64,000 nucleotides of DNA from Squalus acanthias (GCA_030390025.1 JASTWF010000036.1:4032001-4096000), one strand, 5' to 3'; positions 10,901-25,926 are shown, counted from the stretch's first letter. Program-made: numbers and translations. Notes: a model not told the origin generated them from the sequence alone.

Positions 10901-13900
10901 GGAGGCCATTCAGCCCCTCGAGCTGTTACACAGGAACAGGAGAGAGGCCATTCAGCCCCCTCGAGCCTGTTACACAGGAACAGGAGGAAGCAATTCAGCC
11001 CCTCGAGCCTGTTACAAAGGACAGGAGGAGGCATTCAGCCCCTCGAGCCTGTTACACAGGAACAGGAGGAGGCCATTCACCCCCTCGAGCCTGTTACACA
11101 GGAACAGGAGGAGGCCATTCAGCCACCTCGAGCCTGTTACACAGGAACAGGGCGAGGCCATTCAGCCCCTCGAGCCTGTTACACAGGAACAGGAGGAGGC
11201 CATTCAGGCCCTCGAGCCTGTTACACAGGAACAGGAGGAGGCCATTCAGCCCTCGAGCCTGTTACACAGGAACAGGAGGAGGCCATTCAGCCCCTGAGCC
11301 TGTTACACAGGAACAGGGAGGAGGATTCAGCCCCCTCGAGCCTGTTACACAGAACAGGGGAGGCCATTCAGCCCTCGAGCCTGTTACACAGGAACAGGAG
11401 GAGGCCATTCAGCCCCCTCGAGCTGTTACACAGGAACAGAGGAGGCCAATTCAGCCCCTCGAGCCTGTTACACAGGAACAGGAGGAGGCATTCAGCCCCT
11501 CGAGCCTGTTACACAGGAACAGGAGGAGGCCATTCACCCCTCGAGCCTGTTACACAGGAACAGGAGGAGGCCATTCAGCCCCTCGAGCCTGTTTACACAG
11601 GAACAGGAGGAGGCCATTCAGCCCCTCGAGCCTGTTACACAGGAACAGGAGGAGCCATTCAGCCCCTCTAGACTGTTACAGGAAAACAGGAGGAGGCCAT
11701 TCAGCCCCTCGAGCCTGTTACACAGGAACAGGGAGGGGCCATTCAGCCCCTCGAGCCTGTTACACAGGAACAGGAGGAGGCCATTCAGCCCCTCGAGCCT
11801 GTTACACAGGAACAGGAGGAGGCCATTCAGCCCCCCTCGAGCTGTTACACAGGAACAGGAGGAGCCATTCAGCCCCTCGAGCCTGTTACACAGGAACAGG
11901 AGGAGGCCATTCAGCCCCTCGAGCTGTTACACAGGAACAGGAGGAGGTCATTCAGCCCCCTCGAGCCTGTTTAACACAGGAACAGGAGGAGCCATTCAGC
12001 CCCTCGAGCCTGTTACACAGGAACAGAGGAGGCCATTCATCCCCTCGAGCCTGTTACACAGGAACAGGAGGAGGCCATTCAGCCCCTCGAGCCTGTTACA
12101 CAGGAACAGGAGAAGGCCATTCAGCCCCTCGAGCCTGTTACACAGGTACAGGAGGAGGCCCTTTCAGCCCTCGAGCCTGTTACACAGGAACAGGAGGAGG
12201 CCATTCAGCCCCTCGAGCCTGTTACACAGGAACAGGGAGGACATTCAGCCCATCGAGCCTGTTACACAGGAACAGGAGGAGGCCATTCAGCCCCTCGAGC
12301 CTGTTACACAGGAACAGGAGGAGGCCATTCAGCCCCTCGAGCCTGTTAACAGAGGAACAGGAGGAGGCCATTCAGCCCCTCGAGCTGTTACACAGGAACA
12401 GGAGGCCATTCAGCCCCTTCGAGCCTGTTACACAGGAACAGGAGGAGGCCATTCACCCCTCGAGCCTGTTACACAGGAACAGGAGGAGGCCATTCAGCCC
12501 CTCGAGCCTGTTACACAGGAACAGGAGGAGGCCATTCAGACCCTCGAGCCTGTTACACAGGAACAGGAGGAGGCCATTTCAGCCCCTCGAGCCATGTTAC
12601 ACAGGAACAGGAGGAGGCCATTCACCTCCTCGAGCCTGTTACTCAACAGGAACAGGAGGAGGGCCATTCAGCCCCTCGAGCCTGTTACACAGGAACAGGA
12701 GGAGCCATTCAGCCCTCGAGCCTGTTACACAGGAACAGGAGGAGGCCATTCAGCCCCTCGAGCCTGTTACACAGGAACAGGAGGAGGCCATTCAGCCCCT
12801 CGAGCCTGTTACACAGGAAACAGGCGGAGGCACATTCAGCCCCTCGAGCCTGTTACACAGGAACAGGAGGAGGCCATTCAGCCCTCGAGCCTGTACACAG
12901 GAACAGGAGGAGGCCCATTCAGCCCCTCGAGCCTGTTACATAGGAACAGGAGGAGGCCATTCAGCCCCTCGAGCTGTTACACAGGAACAGGAGGAGGCCA
13001 TTCAGCCCTCGAGCCTGTTACACAGAACAGGAGGAGGCCATTCAGCCCTCGAGCCTGTTACACAGGAACAGGTGAGGCCATTCAGGCCCCTCGAGCCTGT
13101 TACACTGGAACAGGAGGAGGCCCATTCAGCCCCTCGAGCCTGTTACACAGGAACAGGAGGAGGCCATTCAGCTCCCTCGAGCCTGTTACACAGGAACAGG
13201 AGGAGGCCCATTCAACGCACCTCGAGCCTGTTACACTCAGGAACAGGAGGAGGCCATTCAGCCCTCGAGCCTGTTAACAGGAACAGGAGGAGGCCCAATC
13301 AGCCCCTCGAGCCTTTACACAGGAACAGGAGGAGGCCATTCAGCCCCTCGAGCCTGTTACACAGGAACAGGAGGAGGCCATTCAGACCCTCGAGCCTGTT
13401 ACACAGGAACAGAGGAGGCCATTCAGCCCCTCGAGCCTGTTACACAGAACAGGAGGAGGCCCATTCAGCCCCTCGAGCCTGTTACACAGGAAACAGGAGG
13501 AGGCCATCAGCCCTCGAGCCTGTTACACAGGAACAGGAGGAGGCCCATTCAGCCCCTGAGCCTGTTACACAGAACAGGAGGAGGCCATTCAGCCCTCGAG
13601 CCCTGTTACACAGGAACAGGAGGAGGCCATTCAATCCACGAAGCCTGTTACACAGGAACAGGAGGAGGCCATTCAGCCCCTCGAGCCTGTTACACAGGAA
13701 CAGGAGGAGGCCCATTCAGCCCCTCGAGCCTGTTACACAGGAACAGGAGGAGGCCATTCAGCCCCTCGAGCCTGTTACACAGGAACAGGAGGAGGCCATT
13801 CAGCCCCTCGAGCCTGTTACACAGGAACAGGAGGAGGCCAGTCAGCCCCTCGAGCCTGTTACACAGGAACAGGAGGAGGCATTCAGCCCCTTGAGCCTGT

Positions 13901-16900
13901 TACACAGGAACAGGAGGAGCCATTCAGCCCTCGAGCCTGTTACACAGGAACAGGAGGAGGCCATTCAGCCCTCGAGCCTGTTACACAGGACAGGAGGAGG
14001 CCCATTCAGCCCCTCGAGCCAATTAACACAGGAACAGGAGGAGGCATTCAGCCCCTCGAGCCTGTTACACAGGAACAGGAGGAGGTCATTCAGCCCCTCG
14101 AGCCTGTTACACAGGAACAGGAGGAGGCCATTCAGTCCCTCGAGCCAGTTACACAGGAACAGGAGGAGGCCATTCAGCCCATCGAGCCTCTTACACAGGA
14201 ACAGGAGGAGGCCCATTCAGCCCCTCGAGCCTGTTACACAGGAACAGGAGGAGGCCATTCAGCACCTTGAGCCTGTTACACAGGAACAGGAGGAGGCCAT
14301 TCAGCCCCCTCGATCTGTTCACAGGAACAGGAGGAGGCCATTCAGCCCCTCGAGCCTGTTACACAGGACAGGAGGAGGCCATTCAGCCCTCGAGCTGTTA
14401 CACAGGAACAGGAGGAGGCCATTCAGCCCTCGAAGCCTGTTACACAGGAACAGGAGGAGGCCATTCAGCCCCTCGAGCCTGTTACACAGGAACAGGAGGG
14501 AGGCCATTCAGCCCCTCGAGCCAGTTACACAGGAAACAGGAGGAGGCCAGTCAGCCCCCTCGAGCCTGTTACACAGGAACAGGAGGAGGCCATTCAGCCC
14601 CCGAGCCTGTTACACAGGAACAGGAGGAGGCCATTCAGCCCCTCGAGCCTGTTACACAGGAACAGGAGGAGGCCATTCCAGCCCCTCGAGCCTGTTCACA
14701 GGAACAGAGGAGGCCATTTCAGCCCCTGAGCCTGTTACACAGGAACGCAGGAGGCCATTCAGCCCCTCGAGCCTGTTACACAGGAACGGAGGAGAAGCAT
14801 TCAGCCCCTCGAGCCTGTACACAGGAACAGGAGGAGGCCCATTCAGTCCCTCGAGCCTGTTACACAGGAACAGTGAGGAGGCCATTCAGCCCCTCGAGCC
14901 TTTTACCCAGGAACAGGGAGAGCCAATCGCCCCCTCGAACCTGTTACAGCAGGAACAGGAGGAGGCCCCATCAATCCCTCGAGCCTATACACAGGAACAG
15001 GAGGAGGCCGTTCTGACCCCTCGAGCCTGTTACACCAGGAACAGAGGATGCCATCAGCCCCTCAAGCCTGTTGCACAGGAACAGAGTACGCCCATTCAGC
15101 CCCTCAAGCCTGTTACACAGGAAACAGGATGAGGACCCATTCAGCCCCCTCGAGCCTGTTACCCAGGAACAGGAGGAGACCCATTCAGCCCCTCGAGCCT
15201 GTTACACAGGAACAGGAGGAGGCCCATTCAGCCCCACGAGCCTGTTACACAGGAACAGGTGGAGGCCCATTCAGCCCCTCGAGCCTGTTACACAGGAACA
15301 GGAGGAGGCCCATTCAGCCCTCGAGCCTGTTACAACAGGAACAGGAGGAGGCCCATTCAGCCCCTCGAGCCTGTTCACCAGGAACAGGAGGAGGCCCATT
15401 CAGCCCTCGAGCCTGTTACACAGGAACAGGAGGAGGCCATTTCAGCCCCTCGAGGCCTGTTACCACAGGAACAGGAGGAGGCCCATTCAGCCCCTCGAGC
15501 CTGTTACACAGGAACTGGAGGAGGCCCATTCAGCCCCTCGAGCCTGTTACACAGGAACAGGAGGAGGCCCATTCAGCCCCTCGAGCCTGTTACACAGGAA
15601 CAGGAGGAGGCCATTCAGCCCCTCGAGCCTGTTACACAGGAACAGGAGGAGGCCATTCAGCCCCTCGAGCCTGTTACACAGGAACAGGAGGAGGCCAATC
15701 AGCCCCTCGAGCCTGTTACACAGGAACAGGAGGAGGCCATTCAGCCCTCGAGCCTGTTACACAGGAACAGGAGGAGGCCATTCAGCCCCTCGAGCCTGTT
15801 ACACAGGAACAGGAGGAGGCCCATTCAGCCCCTCGAAGCCTGTTACACAGGAACAGGAAGGAGCCCATTCAGCCCCTCGAGCCTGTTACACAGGAACAGG
15901 AGGAGGCCATTCAGCCCCTCGAGCCTGTTACACAGGACAAGGAGGAGGCCCATTCAGCCCTCGAGCCTGTTAACAGAACAGGAGGCAGGCCATTCAGCCC
16001 TCGAGCCTGGTTACACAGGCACAGGAGGAGGGCCATTCAGCCCCTCGAGCCTGTTACACAGGAACAGGAGAGGGCCATTCAGCCCCCGCGAGCCTGTTAC
16101 ACAGGAACAGGAGGAGGCCATTCAGCCCTCGAGCCCTGTTACTACAGGATCAGGAGGAGGCCCATTCAGGGCCCCCCCCTCGAGCATGTTACACAGGCAC
16201 AGGAGGGAGGCCCATTCAGCCCTCGAGCCTGTTTACATTGGAACAGGAGGCGGCCCATTCTGCCCTCGAGCCTGTTACATATGGAACAGGAGGAGGCCAT
16301 TCTGCCCCTCGTGCCTGTTACACAGGGAACAGGAGGAGGCCATTCAGCCCCTCGAGCCTGTTACACAGGAACATGAGGCAGGCCATTCAGGCCCCTTGAG
16401 CCTTTGTTCAACAGATACAGGAGGAGGCCATTCAGCCATCGGCCTGTACACAGGAACAGGTGGGAGGCCATTCAGCCCCTCGAGCCTGTAACACAGGAAC
16501 AGGAGGAGGGCTCATTCAGCCCCCTCGAGCCTGTTACACAGGAACAGAGGAGCCAATCAGACCCTCGAGCGTTTACACACGGACAGAACGAGGTGGCCAT
16601 TCAGCCCATCGGAGCCTGTTCACAGGAACAGGAGGAGGGCCATTCAGCACCTCGAGCTGTTACACAGGAACAGAGGAGGCCATTCAGCCCCTCGAGGCCT
16701 GGTACACTAGGAACAGGAGGAGGCCCATTCAGCCCCTAGAGCTGATACCGAGCAAGGATGAGGCCCAATCAGGCCCCCTCGAGCCTGTGACACAGGAACA
16801 GGAGGAGGCCATTCAGCCCCTCGAGCCTGTTACACAGGAACAGGAGGAGGCCATTCAGCCCCTCGAGCCTGTTACACAGGAACAGGAGGAAGGCCCATTC

Positions 16901-19900
16901 AGCCCCTCGAGCCTGTTACACAAGGAAAGGAGGAGGCCATTCAGCCCCTCGAGCCTGTACACACAGGAACAGGAGAGGCCCATTCACCCTCGAGACTGTT
17001 ACACAGGAACAGGAGGAGGCATTCAGCCCCTCGAGCCTGTTACCACAGGAACAGGAGGAGGCCATTTCAGCCCCTCGAGCCTGTTACACAGGAACAGGAG
17101 GAGGGCCAATTCAGACCTCTCGAGCAGATACACAGGAACAGGAGGAGGCCCATTCAGCCCCTCGAGCTGTTACACAGGACAGGAGGAGGCCATTCAGCCC
17201 CTCGAGCTGTACACAGGAACAGGAGGAGGCCCAATCAGCCCCTCGAGCCTGTTACACAGGAACAGGAGGAGGCCCATTCAGCCCCTCGAGCTGATACACA
17301 GGAACAGGAGGAGCCCATTCAGCCCTCGAGCCTGTTACACAGGAACAGGAGGAGGCCATTCAGCCCCTCGAGCCTGTTACACAGGAACAGGAGGAGGCCA
17401 TTCAGCCCCTCGAGCCTGTTACACAGGAACAGGAGGAGGCCATTCAGCCTCTCGAGCCCTGTTACACAGGAACAGGAGGAGGCCATTCAGCCCCTCGAGC
17501 CTTTACACAGGAACAGGAGGAGGCCACCATTCAGCTCCTCGAGCCTGTTACACAGGAACAGGAGGAGGCCATTCAGCCCCTCGAGCCTGTTACACAGGAA
17601 CAGGAGGAGGCCATTCAGCCCTCGAGCCTGTTACACAGGAACAGGAGGAGGCCATTCAGCCCCTCGAGCTGTTACACGGAACAGGAGGAGGCCATTCAGC
17701 CCCTCGAGCCTGTTACACAGGAACAGGAGGAGGCCATTCAGCCCCTCGAGCCTGTTACATAGGAACAGGAGGAGGCCATTCAGCCCCTCGAGCCTGTTAC
17801 ACAGGAACAGGAGGAGGCATTCAGCCCCTCGAGCTGTTACACAGGAACAGGAGGAGGCCATTCAGCCCCTCGAGCTGTTACACAGGAACAGGAGGAGGCC
17901 ATTCAGCCCCTCGAGCCTGTTACACAGGAACAGGAGGAGGCCATTCAGCCCCTCGAGCCTGTTACACAGGAACAGGAGGAGGCCATTCAGCCCCTCGAGC
18001 CTGTTACACAGGAACAGGAGGAGGCCATTCAGCCCCTCGAGCCTGTTACACAGGACAGGAGGAGGCCATTCAGCCCCTCGAGCCTGTTACACAGGAACAG
18101 GAGGAGGCCATTCAGCCTCTCGAGCCTGTTACACAGGAACAGGAGGGGCCATTCAGCCCCTCGAGCCTGTTACACAGGAACAGGAGGAGGCCATTCAGCC
18201 CTCGAGCCTGTTACACAGGAACAGGAGGAGTCCATTCAGCCCCTCGAGCCTGTTACACAGGAACAGGAGGAGGCCATTCAGCCCCTCGAGCTGTTACACA
18301 GGAACAGGAGGAGGCCATCCAGCCCCTGAGCCTGTTACACAGGAACAGGAGGAGGCCATTCAGCCCCTCGAGCCTGTTACACAGGAACAGGAGGAGGCCA
18401 TTCAGCCCCTCGAGCCTGTTACACAGGAACAGGAGGAGGCCATTCAGCCCCTCGAGCCTGTTACACAGGAACAGGAGGAGGCCATTCAGCCCTCGAGCCT
18501 GTTACACAGGAACAGGAGGAGGCCATTCAGCCCCTCGAGCCTGTTACACAGGAACAGGAGGAGGCCATTCAGCCCCTCGAGCCTGTTACACAGGAACAGG
18601 AGGAGGCCATTCAGCCCATCGAGCCTGTTACACAGGAACAGGAGGAGGCCATTCAGCCCCTCGAGCCTGTTACACAGGAACAGGAGGAGGCCATTCAGCC
18701 ACTCGAGCCTGTTACACAGGAACAGGAGGAGGCCATTCAGCCCCTCGAGCCTGTTACACAGGAACAGGAGGAGGCCATTCAGCCCTCGAGCCTGTTACAA
18801 CGGAACAGGAGGAGGCCATTCAGCCCTCGAGCCTGTTACACAGGAACAGGAGGAGGCCATTCAGCCCCTCGAGCCTGTTACACAGGAACAGGAGGAGGCC
18901 ATTCAGCCCTTCGAGCCTGTTACACAGGAACAGAGGAGGACATTCAGCCCCTCGAGCCTGTTACACAGGAACAGGAGGAGGCCATTCAGCCCCTCGAGCC
19001 TGTTACACAGGAACAGGAGGAGGCCAATTCAGCCCCTCGAGCCTGTTACACAGGAACAGGAGGAGGCCATTCAGCCCCTGAGCCTGTTACACAGGAACAG
19101 GAGGAGGCCATTCAGCCCTCGAGCCTGTTACACAGGAACAGGAGGAGGCCATTCAGCCCCTCGAGCCTGTTACACAGGAACAGGAGGAGGCCATTCAGCC
19201 CCTCGAGCCTGTTACACAGGAACAGGAGGAGGCCATTCAGCCCCTCGAGCCTGTTACACAGGAACAGGAGGAGGCCATTCAGCCCCTCGAGCCTGTTACA
19301 CAGGAACAGGAGGAGGCCATTCAGCCCTCGAGCCTGTTACACAGGAACAGGAGGAGGCCATTCAGCCCCTCGAGCCTGTTACACAGGAACAGGAGGAGGC
19401 CATTCAGCCCTCGAGCCTGTTACACAGGAACAGAGAGGAGGCCATTCAGCCCCTCGAGCCTGTTACACAGGAACAGGAGGAGGCCATTCAGCCCCTCGAG
19501 CCTGTTACACAGGAACAGGAGGAGGCCATTCAGCCCCTCGAGCCTGTTACACAGGAACAGGAGGAGGCCATTCAGCCCCTCGAGCCTGTTACACAGGAAC
19601 AGGAGGAGGCCATTCAGCCCCTCGAGCCTGTTACACAGGAACAGGAGGAGGCCATTCAGCCCTCGAGCCTGTTACACAGGAACAGGAGGAGGCCATTCAG
19701 CCCCTCGAGCCTGTTACACAGGAACAGGAGGAGGCCATTCAGCCCCTCGAGCCTGTTACACAGGAACAGGAGGAGGCCATTCAGCCCCTCGAGCCTGTTA
19801 CACAGGAACAGGAGGAGGCCATTCAGCCCCTCGAGCCTGTTACACAGGAACAGGAGGAGGCCATTCAGCCCCTCGAGCCTGTTACACAGGAACAGGAGGA

Positions 19901-22900
19901 GGCCATTCAGCCCCTCGAGCCTGTTACACAGGAACAGGAGGAGGCCATTCAGCCCCTCGAGCCTGTTACACAGGAACAGGAGGAGGCCATTCAGCCCCTC
20001 GAGCCTGTTACACAGGAACAGGAGGAGGCCATTCAGCCCCTCGAGCCTGTTACACAGGAACAGGAGGAGGCCATTCAGCCCCTCGAGCCTGTTACACAGG
20101 AACAGGAGGAGGCCATTCAGCCCTCGAGCCTGTTACACAGGAACTGAGGAGGCCATTCAGCCCCTCGAGCCTGTTACACAGGAACAGGAGGAGGCCATTC
20201 AGCCCTCGAGCCTGTTACACAGGAACAGGAGGAGGCCATTCAGCCCCTCGAGCCTGTTACACAGGAACAGGAGGAGGCCATTCAGCCCCTCGAGCCTGTT
20301 ACACGGGAACAGGAGGAGGCCATTCAGCCCTCGAGCCTGTTACACCGGAACAGGAGGAGCCATTCAGCCCCTCGAGCCTGTTACACAGGAACAGGAGGAG
20401 GCCATTCAGCCCTCGAGCCTGTTACACAGGAACAGGAGGAGGCCATTCAGCCCCTCGAGCCTGTTACACAGGAACAGGAGGAGGCCATTCAGCCCCTCGA
20501 GCCTGTTACACAGGAACAGGAGGAGGCCATTCAGCCCCTCGAGCCTGTTACACAGGAACAGGAGGAGGCCATTCAGCCCCTCGAGCCTGTTACACAGGAA
20601 CAGGAGGAGGCCATTCAGCCCCTCGAGCCTGTTACACAGGAACAGGAGGAGGCCATTCAGCCCCTCGAGCCTGTTACACAGGAACAGGAGGAGGCCATTC
20701 AGCCCTCGAGCCTGTTACACAGGAACAGGAGGAGGCCATTCAGCCCCTCGAGCCTGTTACACAGGAACAGGAGGAGGCCATTCAGCCCCTCGAGCCTGTT
20801 ACACAGGAACAGGAGGAGGCCATTCAGCCCCTCGAGCCTGTTACACAGGAACAGGAGGGCCATTCAGCCCCTCGGCCTGTTACACAGGAACAGAGAGGAG
20901 GCCATTCAGCCCCTCGAGCCTGTTACACAGGAACAGGAGGAGGCCATTCAGCCCTCGAGCCTGTTACACAGGAACAGGAGGGGCCATTCAGCCCCTCGAG
21001 CCTGTTACACAGGAACAGGAGGAGGCCATTCAGCCCCTCGAGCCTGTTACACAGGAACAGGAGGAGGCCATTCAGCCCCTCGAGCCTGTTACACAGGAAC
21101 AGGAGGAGGCCATTCAGCCCCTCGAGCCTGTTACACAGGAACAGGAGGAGGCCATTCAGCCCCTCGAGCCTGTTACACAGGAACAGGAGGAGGCCATTCA
21201 GCCCCTCGAGCCTGTTACACAGGAACAGGAGGAGGCCATTCAGCCCCTCGAGCCTGTTACACAGGAACAGGAGGAGGCCATTCAGCCCCTCGAGCCTGTT
21301 ACACAGGAACAGGAGGAGGCCATTCAGCCCCTCGAGCCTGTTACACAGGAACAGGAGGAGGCCATTCAGCCCCTCGAGCCTGTTACACAGGAACAGGAGG
21401 AGGCCATTCAGCCCCTCGAGCCTGTTACACAGGAACAGGAGGAGGACATTCAGCCCTCGAGCCTGTTACACAGGAACAGGAGGAGGCCATTCAGCCCCTC
21501 GAGCCTGTTACACAGGAACAGGAGGAGGCCATTCAGCCCCTCGAGCCTGTTACACAGGAACAGGAGGAAGACATTCAGCCCTCGAGCCTGTTACACAGGA
21601 ACAGGAGGAGGCCATTCAGCCCCTCGAGCCTGTTACACAGGAACAGGAGGAGGCCATTCAGCCCTCGAGCCTGTTACACAGGAACAGGAGGAGGCCATTC
21701 AGCCCCTCGAGCCTGTTACACAGGAACAGGAGGAGGCCATTCAGCCCTCGAGCCTGTTACACAGGAACAGGAGGAGGCCATTCAGCCCCTCGAGCCTGTT
21801 ACACAGGAACAGGAGGAGGCCATTCAGCCCCTCGAGCCTGTTACACAGGAACAGGAGGAGGCCATTCAGCCCCTCGAGCCTGTTACACAGGAACAGGAGG
21901 AGGCCATTCAGCCCCTCGAGCCTGTTACACAGGAACAGGAGGAGGCCATTCAGCCCCTCGAGCCTGTTACACAGGAACAGGAGGAGGCCATTCAGCCCCT
22001 CGAGCCTGTTACACAGGAACAGGAGGAGGCCATTCAGACCCCTCTAGCCTGTTACCAGGAACAGGAGGAGGCCATTCAGCCCCTCGAGCCTGTTACACAG
22101 GAACAGGAGGAGGCCATTCAGCCCCTCGAGCCTGTTACACAGGAACAGGAGGAGGCCATTCAGCCCCTCGAGCCTGTTACACAGGAACAGGAGGAGGCCA
22201 TTCAGCCCTCGAGCCTGTTAACACAGGAACAGGAGGAGGCCATTCAGCCCCCTCGAGCCTGTTACACAGGAACAGGAGGAGGCCATTCAGCCCCTCGAGC
22301 CTGTTACACAGGAACAGGAGGAGGCCATTCAGCCCCTCGAGCCTGTTACACAGGAACAGGAGGAGGCCATTCAACCCCTCGAGCCTGGTACACAGGAAAG
22401 GAGGAGGTCATTCAGCCCATCGAGCCTGTTACACAGGAACAGGAGGAGGCCATTCAGCCCCTCGAGCCTGTTACACAGGAACAGGAGGAGGCCATTCAGC
22501 CCCTCGAGCCTGTTACACAGGAACAGGAGGAGGCCATTCAGCCCCTCGAGCCTGTTACACAGGAACAGGAGGAGGCCATTCAGCCCCTCGAGCCTGTTAC
22601 ACAGGAACAGGAGGAGGCATTCAGCCCCTCGAGCCTGTTACACAGGAACAGGAGGAGGCCATTCAGCCCCTCGAGCCTGTTACACAGGAACAGGAGGAGG
22701 CCATTCAGCCCCTCGAGCCTGTTACACAGGAACAGGAGGAGGCCATTCAGCCCCTCGAGCCTGTTACACAGGAACAGGAGGAGGCCATTCAGCCCCTCGA
22801 GCCTGTTACACAGGAACAGGAGGAGGCCATTCAGCCCCTCGAGCCTGTTACACAGGAACAGGAGGAGGCCATTCAGCCCCTCGAGCCTGTTACACAGGAA

Positions 22901-24883
22901 CAGGAGGAGGCCATTCAGCCCCTCGAGCCTGTTACACAGGAACAGGAGGAGGCCATTCAGCCCCTCGAGCCTGTTACACAGGAACAGGAGGAGGCCATTC
23001 AGCCCCTCGAGCCTGTTACACAGGAACAGGAGGAGGCCATTCAGCCCCTCGAGCCTGTTACACAGGAACAGGAGGAGGCCATTCAGCCCCTCGAGCCTGT
23101 TACACAGGAACAGGAGGAGGCCATTCAGCCCCTCGAGCCTGTTACACAGGAACAGGAGGAGGCCATTCAGCCCCTCGAGCCTGTTACACAGGAACAGGAG
23201 GAGGCCATTCAGCCCCTCGAGCCTGTTACACAGGAACAGGAGGAGGCCATTCAGCCCCTCGAGCCTGTTACACAGGAACAGGAGGAGGCCATTCAGCCCC
23301 TCGAGCCTGTTACACAGGAACAGGAGGAGGCCATTCAGCCCTCGAGCCTGTTACACAGGAACAGGAGGAGGCCCATTCAGCCCCTCGAGCCTGTTACACA
23401 GGAACAGGAGGAGGCCATTCAGCCCCTCGAGCCTGTTACACAGGAACAGGAGGAGGCCATTCAGCCCCTCGAGCCTGTTACACAGGAACAGGAGGAGGCC
23501 ATTCAGCCCCTCGAGCCTGTTACACAGGAACAGGAGGAGGCCATTCAGCCTCGAGCCTGTTACACAGGAACAGGAGGAGGCCATTCAGCCCCTCGAGCCT
23601 GTTACACAGGAACAGGAGGAGGCCATTCAGCCCCTCGAGCCTGTTACACAGGAACAGGAGGAGGCCATTCAGCCCTCGAGCCTGTTACACAGGAACAGGA
23701 GGAGGCCATTCAGCCCCTCGAGCCTGTTACACAGGAACAGGAGGAGGCCATTCAGCCCCTCGAGCCTGTTACACAGGAACAGGAGGAGGCCATTCAGCCC
23801 CTCGAGCCTGTTACACAGGAACAGGAGGAGGCCATTCAGCCCCTCGAGCCTGTTACACAGGAACAGGAGGAGGCCATTCAGCCCCTCGAGCCTGTTACAC
23901 AGGAACAGGAGGAGGCCATTCAGCCCTCGAGCTGTTACACAGGAACAGGAGGAGGCCATTCAGCCCCTCGAGTCTGTTACACAGGAACAGGAGGAAGACA
24001 TTCAGCCCTCGAGCCTGTTACACAGGAACAGGAGGAGGCCATTCAGCCCCTCGAGCCTGTTACACAGGAACAGGAGGAGGCCATTCAGCCCCTCGAGCCT
24101 GTTACACAGGAACAGGAGGAGGCCATTCAGCACCTCGAGCCTGTTACACAGGAACAGGAGGAGGTCATTCAACCCCTCGAGCCTGGTACACAGGAAAGGA
24201 GGAGGTCATTCAGCCCATCGAGCCTGTTACACAGGAACAGGAGGAGGCCATTCAGCCCCTCGAGCCTGTTACACAGGAACAGGAGGAGGCCATTCAGCCC
24301 CTCGAGCCTGTTACACAGGAACAGGAGGAGGCCATTCAGCCCCTCGAGCCTGTTACACAGGAACAGGAGGAGGCCATTCAGCCCCTCGAGCCTGTTACAC
24401 AGGAACAGGAGGAGGCCATTCAGCCCCTCGAGCCTGTTACACAGGAACAGGAGGAGGCCATTCAGCCCCTCGAGCCTGTTACACAGGAACAGGAGGAGGC
24501 CATTCAGCCCCTCGAGCCTGTTACACAGGAACAGGAGGAGGCCATTCAGCCCCTCGAGCCTGTTACACAGGAACAGGAGGAGGCCATTCAGCCCCTCGAG
24601 CCTGTTACACAGGAACAGGAGGAGGCCATTCAGCCCCTCGAGCCTGTTACACAGGAACAGGAGGAGGCCATTCAGCCCCTCGAGCCTGTTACACAGGAAC
24701 AGGAGGAGGCCATTCAGCCCCTCGAGCCTGTTACACAGGAACAGGAGGAGGCCATTCAGCCCCTCGAGCCTGTTACACAGGAACAGGAGGAGGCCATTCA
24801 GCCCCTCGAGCCTGTTACACAGGAACAGGAGGAGGCCATTCAGCCCTCGAGCCTGTTACACAGGAACAGGAGGAGGCCATTCA
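7964..24883 (+). repeat. Satellite array 1: ~400 copies of 42-bp ACAGGAACAGGAGGAGGCCATTCAGCCCCTCGAGCCTGTTAC
   Basis: Direct tandem repeat with one XhoI site (CTCGAG) per monomer. Indel-rich on the left, nearly invariant from ~19 kb, truncated by the N gap. Confidence 0.98.
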
Positions 24884-25083
24884 NNNNNNNNNNNNNNNNN
24901 NNNNNNNNNNNNNNNNNNNNNNNNNNNNNNNNNNNNNNNNNNNNNNNNNNNNNNNNNNNNNNNNNNNNNNNNNNNNNNNNNNNNNNNNNNNNNNNNNNNN
25001 NNNNNNNNNNNNNNNNNNNNNNNNNNNNNNNNNNNNNNNNNNNNNNNNNNNNNNNNNNNNNNNNNNNNNNNNNNNNNNNNNNN
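24884..25083. other. Assembly gap (200 N)
   Basis: Run of N. Confidence 0.99.
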
Positions 25084-25109
25084 GAATGCATGCCGTCTTC
25101 ACTGAGATT

Positions 25110-25525
25110 CAGCAATGCCTCGATTTTAAAGTTCTCATCCTTGTTTTCAAATCCCTCCATGGCCTTGCTCCTTCCTATCTCTGTAATATCCTCCAGCCCT
25201 ACAACCCCCCGAGATATCTGCGCTCCTCCAATTCTGGCCTCTTGAGCATCCCCGATTTTAATCGCTCCACCATTGGCGGCCGTGCCTTCAGCTGCCTGGG
25301 CCCTAAGCTCTGGAATTCCCTCCCTAAACCTGTCCGCCTCTCTACCTCTCTCCTCCTTTAAGACGCTCCTTGAAACCTACCTCTTTGACCAAGCTTTTGG
25401 TCACCTGCCCTAATATCTCCTTATGTGGCTCGGTGTCAAATTTTGTTTTCTAATACTCCTGTGAAGCGCCTTGGGACGTTTTACTAAGTTCAAAGCACTA
25501 TATAAATGCACGTTATTGCTGATGT
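25110..25525 (+). mobile_element. L2 LINE 3' fragment
   Basis: FKVLILVFKSLHGLAPSYL...GGRAFSCLGPKLWNSLP motif and L2 tail (tgtgaagcgccttgggacg...tataaatgca). Confidence 0.85.
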
Positions 25526-25926
25526 TGTAACAGTGATTCCTGACCCACAATCTCAGCAGCTGTGCTTGCATTTCTTTCGCGTTTTTCAGGTCCGCAGCCC
25601 AGCCAACCTGCCAGAGCCCACTGGACACGTATAGCGGAAAGTCTCCCTTACTTTGTCAGGCTGGGCTCTTAACTCAAAGGTCATGCTAGAGTTGGGTAGA
25701 AAGTCGGTGTATAGATGTCTCTTATTCAAGCCAGATGATCATTAAACCAACAGTGCATCAAGCCTGCTCCTTCCACAGGCCACGTACAGCCGCTCTATCC
25801 GACCTATTTAATCTCCCGAGGAAAGGTTCTGCAAAGTATCTCCCTGCTTCTTAAAGGTAAAGGAAGCAAAACTTTTGATTAACTACCTGCCTTTCCGGCC
25901 TACATTATTCAACTTTGACCAGTTGA

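Noticed and set aside
7957..24883. Very long ORFs (up to 1522 aa) of QEQEEAIQPLEPVT / HRNRRRPFSPSSLL / TGTGGGHSAPRACY repeats
   Set aside because: The 42-bp monomer has no stop in any + frame. The ORFs drift between frames at indels with no frame conservation, so this is satellite rather than a gene.
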